Shown here piece by piece: positions 33,361-42,582 of a DNA stretch of 64,000 bases (position 1 is its first letter; each line of letters opens with the position of its first letter). The notes beneath the pieces were generated by a model. The model saw only the letters and a program-made list of their open reading frames with translations, made no database searches and was not told the DNA's origin. The DNA lies in the NCBI GenBank assembly GCA_963792585.1, contig CAWBWI010000001.1:352001-416000 (forward strand), in the 5' to 3' direction. This DNA comes from Candidatus Eiseniibacteriota bacterium (lineage in GTDB: Bacteria > Eisenbacteria > RBG-16-71-46 > CAIMUX01 > VGJL01). The position numbers and the translations under genes were made by a program.

Positions 33361-34125
33361 ATGGAACTCTGGTTCGAGGATGAGACCTTCTGGGCCTCCT
33401 TCCGCGACGTGCTCTTTGGTCGCCAGCGCTGGGAATCGACGCCGGCGTCGGCGGATCAGATCCTCACCCAGGCCGCGCCGGCGCCGGGGGGGAGCGTCCT
33501 CGACCTCTGCTGCGGGCCGGGACGGTTTTCGCTCGAGTTCGCGCGAAGGGGCTACCGGGTGACGGGGGTGGACCGAACTGCGGCCTACATCGACGAGGCG
33601 CGCGCCCACGCGGCAGAGGAGCGCCTCGACGTCGAATTCATCCTCGAGGACATGCGTCGATTTCGACGTCCGGGCGCGTTCGATCTCGCGATCAACCTGT
33701 TCACCTCCTTCGGGTATTTCGAAGATCCGGCCGAGGATCTTCGGGTCGCGGAGAATCTCTGCGCATCTCTGCGTCCCGGCGGCCGCCTGGTGATCGATGT
33801 GATCGGCAAGGAGATCATCGCGCGCGGCTTCCGCCCGATCGACGCCTCGTGGGTCGACGAGGAGAAGAAGGTCCTCATGCTGGAGGAACGGAACCTTCGC
33901 GACGGCTGGGGATGGATCGACACGACCTGGACCCTGTTCCGCGACGCGGATCGAATCTCTCGTTCCTTCGGGCTCCGGCTCTACTCGGGATGCGAACTGA
34001 TCGACTTGCTCCACCGGGCCGGGTTCACGAAGGTGACCGTTCACGGTGGAATCGATGGAAGCCCATATGACCACCAGGCGCGACGATTGGTAGCGATCGC
34101 CGTCAAGGGGGAAGAGAACGCATGA
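33361..34125 (+). CDS. Class I SAM-dependent methyltransferase
   Basis: VLDLCCGPGR, FDLAINLFTSFGYF, LRPGGRLVID; GGAGG before ATG 33361. Confidence 0.92.
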   Translation: MELWFEDETFWASFRDVLFGRQRWESTPASADQILTQAAPAPGGSVLDLCCGPGRFSLEFARRGYRVTGVDRTAAYIDEARAHAAEERLDVEFILEDMRRFRRPGAFDLAINLFTSFGYFEDPAEDLRVAENLCASLRPGGRLVIDVIGKEIIARGFRPIDASWVDEEKKVLMLEERNLRDGWGWIDTTWTLFRDADRISRSFGLRLYSGCELIDLLHRAGFTKVTVHGGIDGSPYDHQARRLVAIAVKGEENA

Positions 34126-36455
34126 GACTCAATTGGCTGGTGACATGCCGGCTGGCCTTCGTTCTTGCGATCGGCATACGGATCGCGACCCCCGCAATGG
34201 CGCGCGAGGGGGACCGATACTGGGTCTACTTGAAGGTCGCCGGGGAGGCAAAGGTGGAAGGACAGAGCGCCCCCGCCCTGTCCCCGCGCGCGATCCTGCG
34301 AATGGAACGCGTCGGCAGGATCCCCGGCGGAGATCGGCGCGACTACGCGCTGACGGGGTCCGACCTCGCTCCGATCCTGGAGCGGGGTCTCTCGATTCAC
34401 CGCGTCTCCAGATTCCTCCAGGCCGCTTCCGTGTGGATGAGCGCGGAGCAGGCGCGGGAGATCGGCACGGACCCGCGTGTGCGGGATGTCACGCCGGTCG
34501 GCCGGTTCGTCCGGCCCCTCGATCCCGAGACCGCGACCGCTGCCGCACCGGAGTCGGGCAAACGATCCGACGACCCGGCCGACACCGATCCGCGTTCCCT
34601 GACGCCGGCCGACTACGGATCCGCGTGGGACCAGCTCGACATGCTCGGCGTCCCCGAGATGCACGTTCGCGGCTACAGCGGGCTGGGCGTCCTGGTGGCC
34701 GTCTTCGACACGGGCTTCTACAAGACCCACACGAGCCTCACGCACCTCGACAAGCTCACGGAGCGCGACTTCGTCTGCGGTGACGATGAGGTCCAGTATT
34801 TCTCCGGTGACCCATGCGGCATCGCGCGGGCCAACGACCACGGCACCTACACCTGGTCGGCCCTCGGCGGATTCGCGCCCGGGAAGCTCCTCGGCCCAGC
34901 GTACCGGGCGACCTTCGCGCTCGCCAGGACGGAGGACGTCACCCAGGAAGTCCACCAGGAGGAGGACAACTACATCGCGGCGCTCGAGTGGGCGGATAGT
35001 CTCGGCGCCGACATCGTTTCCTCGTCCCTCGGCTATCGAACGTTCGACGACGGTTCGGAGTACTCGGTGGCTGCGCTCGACGGACGGACGGCGCCGATCA
35101 CGATCGCGACGGACGTGGCTGCGGATCGGGGGATCCTGGTCGTCACCGCCATGGGAAACGAAGGTCCCGGCGTCTCATCCTTGGGCGCGCCCGCCGACGG
35201 CCGCCGGGTCGTAGCTGTCGGCGCGATCGATTCGCGGGGGGTCCTCGCCTCGTTCAGCAGCTGGGGACCGACCGGCGACGGTCGCATCAAGCCCGACGTC
35301 GTCGCGCTCGGCGTGGCGACATATTGCGCCGCGTCGAGCAGCCCGAACGTCTATGCGCGGGTTGGGGGCACGTCTCTCTCGACGCCGCTGATCGCGGGAC
35401 TCGCGGCGCTCCTGGTCGAAGCGCACCCCACCTGGGGACCCGACAGCGTCTCCGCCGCGCTCCGCGCCTCGGGGGATCGTCACGCCGACCCGCTGAACAC
35501 CCTCGGATGGGGCGTTCCGGACGGGTTGCGCGCCTCGCGGATCGAAGATGCCCGGCTTCGGCTCGCCGCGTCGGTGTGGGATGACACGTCCGAGGGGGGC
35601 AACGGCAACGCGATTCCGAGCTGGGGAGAAACCGGCGGTCTCTCCATATGGGTGCGCAACGTAGGGCGGATGGATGCGGTTTCCTCCCGAGTCTGGCCCA
35701 CGGCGCACGATGCGAGGATCTCCCTTCTCGATAGCGCTGCGGTCACCCTCCCCTCGCTTGGAGTCGGTGACTCCGCCCTCGTCTCGCTGGGACGCGTGCA
35801 GATCGGCGGAGGGGAGGGGCAGGATGCCCTTCCAGTCTTCGTCCACTTCGATCTCGCCGGCATGGAGACCAACCAGCGGCTCTACCTGCCGGTGCTTCCG
35901 TCGAACCTGGTGGCCGACTTTCACGCCGACGCGGACGAGGCCGGGGCGGTGCGTCTGACGTGGCGTTTGGCCTCGGGCGCGGCGATGGGCCAGCAGCTCT
36001 ACCGGAAGTTCGGATCGGAGCCCCGGACGCTTCTGAATGCTGCACCGCTGCCGCCGGACTCGCTTGCCTGGACCGACAGGCCGGGAACGTCCGGCGCGTT
36101 CGAGTACAGCCTCGAGGTTCTGCTGCCCGGCGGATTCGTCTCCCAGGAGGGACCCTACGTCGTCACGATTGTGGAACCGACGCGGGCGCTTGTCGGCAAG
36201 CCGTATCCCAATCCCGCGACGAGGGGGACGATATCGATTCCGCTCGCGTGGCCCCGCACCGATTCTCCTCAGGTCAAGATCTACGCGATCACGGGGCGTC
36301 GGTGCGTGCGCACCTTGATCGGCGATGGGGGGGTGGGAGCCTATCCGATCCTCGCATGGGATACGAAGGACGACGATGGCCGAGACGTCGCGTCCGGCCT
36401 CTACCTCGCGAGGGCTCCGGGAGGATCGACAAGGCGCTTGATCGTCGTACGCTGA
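34122..36455 (+). CDS. Secreted S8 serine peptidase with C-terminal FlgD-Ig-like domain
   Basis: FDTG, DHGT, AMGNEG, IKPDVVALG, GTSLSTP; C-terminal YPNP..WDTKDDDGRDVASGLY. Confidence 0.9.
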   Translation: MRLNWLVTCRLAFVLAIGIRIATPAMAREGDRYWVYLKVAGEAKVEGQSAPALSPRAILRMERVGRIPGGDRRDYALTGSDLAPILERGLSIHRVSRFLQAASVWMSAEQAREIGTDPRVRDVTPVGRFVRPLDPETATAAAPESGKRSDDPADTDPRSLTPADYGSAWDQLDMLGVPEMHVRGYSGLGVLVAVFDTGFYKTHTSLTHLDKLTERDFVCGDDEVQYFSGDPCGIARANDHGTYTWSALGGFAPGKLLGPAYRATFALARTEDVTQEVHQEEDNYIAALEWADSLGADIVSSSLGYRTFDDGSEYSVAALDGRTAPITIATDVAADRGILVVTAMGNEGPGVSSLGAPADGRRVVAVGAIDSRGVLASFSSWGPTGDGRIKPDVVALGVATYCAASSSPNVYARVGGTSLSTPLIAGLAALLVEAHPTWGPDSVSAALRASGDRHADPLNTLGWGVPDGLRASRIEDARLRLAASVWDDTSEGGNGNAIPSWGETGGLSIWVRNVGRMDAVSSRVWPTAHDARISLLDSAAVTLPSLGVGDSALVSLGRVQIGGGEGQDALPVFVHFDLAGMETNQRLYLPVLPSNLVADFHADADEAGAVRLTWRLASGAAMGQQLYRKFGSEPRTLLNAAPLPPDSLAWTDRPGTSGAFEYSLEVLLPGGFVSQEGPYVVTIVEPTRALVGKPYPNPATRGTISIPLAWPRTDSPQVKIYAITGRRCVRTLIGDGGVGAYPILAWDTKDDDGRDVASGLYLARAPGGSTRRLIVVR

Positions 36456-36461
36456 CGCAAA

Positions 36462-36491
36462 GCCGGTCGCGGGGGAGGCCCCGCGACCGGC
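36462..36491. terminator. Probable bidirectional terminator between convergent S8 genes
   Basis: 13-bp stem GCCGGTCGCGGGG/CCCCGCGACCGGC with 4-nt loop. Confidence 0.65.
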
Positions 36492-36519
36492 AGTTCGTGT
36501 TCCGATATCCTCGGCGGCG

Positions 36520-38860
36520 CTACTTCAGCAAGGTGACCCGGCGACTCAGCGCGATGCCGCGGCCTTCCAGGCGCACCCAGTAGGAGCCGCTCGCGACCGG
36601 CCGTCCGCCGGAGTCGGTCCCATCCCAGACCAGGGAGCGTTCGAACGAGCCGGGAGCCGCGCCGATGTCCCAGGTCCTGACGAGGGCGCCGTTCGCGGCG
36701 TAAATCCGGATCTGTGTCGGACCGGCGGCGGGTGTCCGGAAGCGAATCACCGTCACCGGGTTGAATGGGTTCGGCGAAACGTCGAGGGCGGGACGATCGA
36801 GCCGGATTCCATCCGCGACCCCCGCCGGATCGATGAGGCTCACGTTCGCCTCGTTCGAGGCATCGCCTTCGGACCTCTCATAGACCCCGCGCACGATGTA
36901 GTGCCAGACCCCGATCGGCACACCGGCGTCGACGTAGAAGACGACCGCGGATGTGTCGGCAATCTCGGTGAGAGGAGTCTCCGGGAACGGCTCGCCCGAA
37001 TAGGCCCGGTAGATTCGATAGGAGAGAAGCAGGTTGTGCGGGTGGATGCCGATGGGCCGCTCCCAGGATAGGGTCACGGTGTCGGCAACGGCCGTGGCGG
37101 TGAGATTCGTCGGCGCGGGCGCCGGTAGGCGCACCTCGATCTCGACCTCGTTCGACGGACCGCTCTCGCCCTGAACGTACAACCCGGTGACGACGTATTT
37201 GTACGATCCATCCGGCAGGACCGGATCCACGTACTGCAGGAGGCTGCTCGCCACGCTGACCTCCGCGATCGGGGTGAGGGGATAGGACTCACCGATCAGC
37301 GCGCGGTAGACCCGATACTTCTGCAGCAAGTTGTACGGATTCGAGCGCTCCGGTCGCTGCCAGTTCAAGGTCGCCGTGTCGCCGGCCACGCTGACGGTCA
37401 GGCTCTCCGGCGGGAAGTTCGGCAACCGGGTGCGCACGTACTGCGCCGCCGCGCCGACGTCGATGATCCCCCAACCGTAGTCGTTGTCCTCCCCGACGTC
37501 TCCGCGATCGAACGCGGTCGCCATGAGTGCGGTCTTCACGTCATCGACGGTGAGGTCCGGGTTGAGCTGGCGCAGGATCGCGACCGCGCCCGGAGATGTG
37601 CGGGCATGCCATCGAGCAGCCGCTCAGGTTTCCGTAGCCGTTGCCGGGGATCGACGAGTTGATCGAAGTTCCCGGGGCCGTGACCTCCGGCTTGATCGAG
37701 GTGGAGTCGCACGGAGAGGGGCCGCGACCGCTCGCCGTTCGCGATCGGGATAGCCGGGGGGTGCGGATTGACGTTGCCCACGCCGAAGTTCGACCGTGGG
37801 GGAATCAGCGCGGCTCTCCGGGCTGTTGACCGTCGCGTATCCCGGCCCCGTGTTGTCGACTGCGATCGTGTTGACGATGCCGGCCGCCTCGACCACGTCG
37901 ATCGCGTTCCAGTAGGTATGGTCGCAGTTGAGGGTGTTGCCCCACGAGTTGTTGATCACGTCGGGGACGTCGTCGATCGTTCGCCGGATCACCGTCCGGA
38001 TCGATCGGCCCACTGGTAGCACTCGATGATCGTCTGGACGTTGTAGCCGATCAGGACCCCCGCGGCGATCCACTGCGCGCCGGGAGCGACGCCGATCGGC
38101 GTGTGGTCCGGCTTCTCGCCGATCATGATCCCGGTGACGTGGGTTCCGTGGATGCCGCTGTCGTACGGGAAGGTCGGATCCGTGTAGGGATCCTTCCACG
38201 CCTCCCACCACTCCACTCCGGGCTGGGCGCCGCGCCAGCGGCTTGCCAGGGCCGGGTGGGTTCCGTCGACGCCGGTGTCGAAATCGGCAGACGAGCCGCC
38301 CCTGCCCCTTCAGACCCATCTGCCATGCCGGGCCAGATTGATGCAGATCAGGTTGTCCGAAAGGTCTCGGTCGCCATTGACGGGGGCGGCGTCGTCGGGC
38401 CAGCCGTCCCGGAGCTGGAGGGGAGCGTTCTCGAAGATCGTCCCGACGTCGGGCCGCGAGAGGAGCTGATCGAAGACCTGCGGCAGCGCTTCGACCGCGA
38501 TCATGTTCGTGACCCAGAACGGTTCGTAGGATCGGACCAGGCCCTGGCTCTTCCACCCTTCCAGTGCCTCGCACCAGATCCCGTTTGCGTGCGCGCGGCG
38601 AGGTCCTGCGCTTCGCGAACTGCGTGTTCGTGCTGGCGCCATCGCGACGTCAAGGCGAGCTGCGCAATCTCCCTCTGGAGCCGCGGCACGTCGACCTGCT
38701 GGTCGACCATCACGAGGCCCGAGACCATCTCACCGCGCGGCGTGCGCGCGAGCAGGTCGGCGAATCGCTGATCGTAGTCGGCCGCCACCACGGGTACCGA
38801 CACACACAGGAGGAAGGCGAGGCCAAGCAACATGCCGGTCCGGAAACCCTTCGTTGCCAA
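36520..38860 (-). CDS. Secreted S8 serine peptidase with two FN3 domains and FlgD-Ig-like CTD; multiply frameshifted in the 5' half (errors or pseudogene)
   Basis: Fragments across frames: signal peptide, FDTGVDGTHP, GIHGTHVTG, VINNSWG, GCSMACPH, NDYGWG; intact C-terminal SPNPFNP..WDGTDSGGRPVASG. Confidence 0.8.
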
Positions 38861-38948
38861 TATCCCTCCGAACAACAATCACCCTGGACGACAGGGGCTC
38901 TTCTACGTTCTCATGGTCCGGATCCCGCTGGAACAGACCCGGGCGTTC

Positions 38949-38964
38949 ATTGAGTACAGTCAAT
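38949..38964. promoter_or_regulatory. Palindrome ATTGA-N6-TCAAT in an AT-rich divergent intergenic region
   Basis: ATTGAGTACAGTCAAT; resembles CRP/FNR-family boxes. Confidence 0.35.
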
Positions 38965-39020
38965 TATCATCTTGAATGACGAAAACGGGCAAGCGCCCCG
39001 CTACGGAAGGGCTTCGACTC

Positions 39021-40966
39021 GTGCTTCGTGTGGAAAAGTTCACGAAGTCGTTCGGGACCCAGGTGCTGTTCGACTCGGTCGACTGGTTCTTGGGCGATCG
39101 CGACCGGATCGGGCTCGTCGGCCGCAACGGAACGGGGAAGTCGACCCTCCTGAAGATGCTGGCCGGGCTGGACACGCCCGACACGGGCCTCGTCCGCACC
39201 CCGCAGGCCAGACGGTCGGCTATCTTCCTCAGTTCGACTTCACGCCGGGCCCCGGGACGCGTCCTCGAGGAGTCCCGCCGGGCGTTCGAATCGGTCCTCG
39301 AATGGCGGTGGGAGACGGAGGAGATCGAGTCGCGGCTAACTCGCGGAGGATCGGCCTCGATTCGGCGGATGCCGAGGCGTTGCTCGATCCGCCACGCGGA
39401 GCTCGATGAGCGCTTCCGCCATCACGGCGGCTACGATATCGAGCGCCGGTCCATCAGGTCCTGACCGGGACTCGGGTTCGTGGAGAAGGACTTCGAACGG
39501 CCCGTCCGGGCCCTCTCCGGCGGTTGGCAGATGCGGGTCGCCCTGGCCCAGCTGCTCCTGATCGCGCCCCGATGTGCTGCTTCTCGACGAACCGACCAAC
39601 CATCTCGACATCGAGGCGCGCGTCTGGCTTGAAGGATTCCTGGCCGAGTATCCGGGCGGGTTCGTCCTCGTTTCGCACGACCGCCACTTCCTCGATCGCA
39701 CGGTGAACCGGATCACCGAGATCGTCGGACCGCGCGCTGCATCGACTACGACGGCAACTTCTCCCGCTACGTCGAGCACCGCGAGGCCCGCTACGAGATG
39801 GCCCTGAAGGCCTACGGCACCAGCAGGACGAGATCGGCCGGATCGAGCGATTTCATCGACCGCTTCCGGGTGCGCAAGAACACGAAGGCTGCCCCAAGTG
39901 CAGAGCCGGATCCGGATGCTCGAGAAGATCGACCGCGTCGGCCCCGCCGTGGCCGCCCTGCGCGCCCGATCCACTTCCGCTTCCCGCAGCCGACGCCTTC
40001 GGGCCGGATCGTTATGCGCCTGACGAGGGATCCACAAGGCGTACGGCAACCAGTGTCGGTGCTTCGACGGGCTCGACCTCGACCTCGAGCGGGGAGAGAG
40101 GGTCGCCCTGGTGCGGGCCAACGGGGCGGGGAAGTCGACCCTCATGCGGATCCTTGCCGGACGGAATCGGCGCAGGTCGGGAACGCGGGATGTCGGCCAC
40201 AAGGTCGCGATCGAGTTCTTCGGCCAGGACCAGGCGGACAGCTACCGCGGACCGGAACCTCCTGGATGAGACGATCGATCGCGCCCCGCTGGCCCTCGTG
40301 CCCCAGGTGCGCAGCCTTCTGGGAGCATTCCTCTTCAAGCGGGGAAGCGGTCGAGAAGCGGTCTCCGTGCTCTCGGGAGGGGAGAGAAACCGCTTCGCCC
40401 TGATGCTCATGCTCCTGCGGCCGGCGAATCTCCTCCTGCTCGACGAGCCGACGAACCACCTGGACATGGAGGCGCAGGACGTGCTCCTCGCGGCGCTGCA
40501 GGACTTCGAGGGGACGGTGGTCTTCGTCTCCCACGACCACGACTTCCTCGAGCGGCTCGCCACGCGGGTGGTCGAGGTCGGGGGCGGCACGATCCGGAGC
40601 TTCCCCGGCGACTACGAGTCGTATCTCTGGAAGAAGGAACGCGAGGCGCTCGCGCAGGCGGCCGCGATCGAGGCCGCCTCGGTTGTCGCGACGAGCGCGC
40701 GATCGGCGGACGGGGCCGTCGCGCCGAACCCGTCGCGCGATCGGGCCCGGGAAGACCGCAGGCGCCAGCGGCGGTTCGGGGAAGTCGAGGCCAGGATCGG
40801 CGTCCTGGAGGATCGACGCGCCAAGCTCGAGGGGCTCATGGCAAGCGAAGGCTTCTATCGCGATCCGGAGAAGTCACGTTTCTACGTCGAGGACCACAAG
40901 AGCATCGTCGACGAACTCACACTTCTCTATGAAGAGTGGCACGGTCTCAGCGAGGAGGATCCGTGA
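39021..40966 (+). CDS. ABC-F family ATPase, multiply frameshifted (errors or pseudogene)
   Basis: GRNGTGKST, LSGGW, LLLDEPTNHLD..VSHDR; second domain ANGAGKST, LSGGE, LLLDEPTNHLD; Uup-like C-terminal coiled coil; no TM segments. Confidence 0.85.
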
Positions 40967-41651
40967 GACGGCGGAGCAGCGCGTGCACCTCATCGGTCCG
41001 CGACAGGTCGGGCAGGAGCGCATCGGGCGCGTGCCGCGCGAGCGTCTCCACGTCGCAGAATCCGGTGGCGACCGCAACGGCGGCGGCGGAGCCCGCGCGG
41101 GCGCACCGGATGTCGTGCGGCGTGTCGCCGACGACCACGATGGGCGCGTCGGCAGCCTCCGGGCCCAATCGGTCGACCGCTCTCTGACGCGCGATCGGGA
41201 CCAACCGATCCCGGTCCGCATGATCGCTGCCGAAGGCGCCGAACCCGAACGTGCCGGTGATACCAAACTGCGCGAGCTTCCGGTGCGCCGCCTGCTCGAT
41301 GTTGCCGGTCAAGAGTCCCACGGCGAACTCCGGATCGCTGGTCAACCTCTCGAGGATTTCCCGGATTCCGGGATAGATCCGCCCAGAGGGACCGGTCGCC
41401 AACTCGATCTCCAGGCGTTCGAGGTAGCGCGCGAGCATCTCCTCGACCATTGGCGCGTCCGCGATCGGGACACCCGCGAGCGTCAGGATGTCGTAGAGGA
41501 TGGCGAGGTCGGTGCGCCCGGCGAACTCCACACTTCGTCCGTTGATCTCGTGTCCGAGGAGATCCGCGGCCGCCCGAAGGAAGGCGCGTCGTCCGGCGCC
41601 CCCCGTGTCACAGAGGGTGCCGTCGACGTCGAAGAGGACGATCCGGATCAA
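40947..41651 (-). CDS. HAD family hydrolase
   Basis: LFDVDGTL, LLTGN, VGDTPHDI. Confidence 0.92.
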   Translation of the reverse strand: MIRIVLFDVDGTLCDTGGAGRRAFLRAAADLLGHEINGRSVEFAGRTDLAILYDILTLAGVPIADAPMVEEMLARYLERLEIELATGPSGRIYPGIREILERLTSDPEFAVGLLTGNIEQAAHRKLAQFGITGTFGFGAFGSDHADRDRLVPIARQRAVDRLGPEAADAPIVVVGDTPHDIRCARAGSAAAVAVATGFCDVETLARHAPDALLPDLSRTDEVHALLRRLTDPPR

Positions 41652-42340
41652 ACCGCTGAGGCTTCGTCCGGGGGAGCGCTCGCGGAGTCGTCGGTCGCGG
41701 ACACCGGGACGGGATCGGGGATCGGCAGGCCTGCGATCTTGAGCATGGCGTGATAGTCGTCTTGATCCTCGATCGAACGGATGATCGCGGTGTAGCCCGT
41801 CTCGTAGTCGATCAGTTCATCCCCGTGCCGCTTGATGATGTCCCACAGCTCTCCTTGGGGAGGAAGGGCGAGAATCTCCTCGGCGATCGACGGCTCGAAG
41901 AATGCAGGCAGACCGAGGCTCATCTGGTGTGTCGGGACGAGGATCTTCTTCTTTCCCTCGATGAAGGCCGTCTGGAGCTCGCGGATCAACTCCGGCAACA
42001 GGAGCGGCTGGTCGCCGAGTCCGATGCAGAAGCCTTTGGATCCCGGCGGGATCTCCCGCACTCCCAGTCTCAAGAAGGTCCCCATCCCTTCGTCGAAGAG
42101 CGGGTTCTTGACGATCCGAACGTTCGGCGGCAGGGGGCCGAGTTGAGAAGCGATCAGGTCAGCCTTGTAGCCGAGTACGAGGATCACGTCGGAGACGCCG
42201 GCATCCAGGTACGCGCGCAGGGTCCGGCCAAGGACCGTGACGTCCCCGAAGGGAAGGATCTGCTTGGGGACGCGGAGGTGGCGAACCTCACGGCCGCCCA
42301 ACAGGATCGCGGGAATCGAGACGGAAGACGTTTTGGGCAT
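41648..42340 (-). CDS. NTP-transferase family protein (MocA/MobA-like)
   Basis: PKQILPFG, NPLFDEGMGT, GLGDQP; the N-terminal nucleotide-binding loop is divergent. Confidence 0.75.
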   Translation of the reverse strand: MPKTSSVSIPAILLGGREVRHLRVPKQILPFGDVTVLGRTLRAYLDAGVSDVILVLGYKADLIASQLGPLPPNVRIVKNPLFDEGMGTFLRLGVREIPPGSKGFCIGLGDQPLLLPELIRELQTAFIEGKKKILVPTHQMSLGLPAFFEPSIAEEILALPPQGELWDIIKRHGDELIDYETGYTAIIRSIEDQDDYHAMLKIAGLPIPDPVPVSATDDSASAPPDEASAV

Positions 42341-42582
42341 GAAACCAGACTCCTCGGTTGGATTTGGGGCCTCGGCTGGGCCGCTGGAAACAAAAGATCA
42401 CTATAGGAGCGCCCGTTGGATGGGGGCAACGCCTTTTCTAACAGCCTGCGAGAGATGCGATTCCGGCGACCCTCGCGACCGCCGAGAAGATCGTCGGGCT
42501 GGCGTTTGCGTCCGGCGCCGGATAGACTCGGCAGTGCCGCCGGGGTTGGGATCGGCACGGTCTCTCAATCGGAGGCTCCGCC

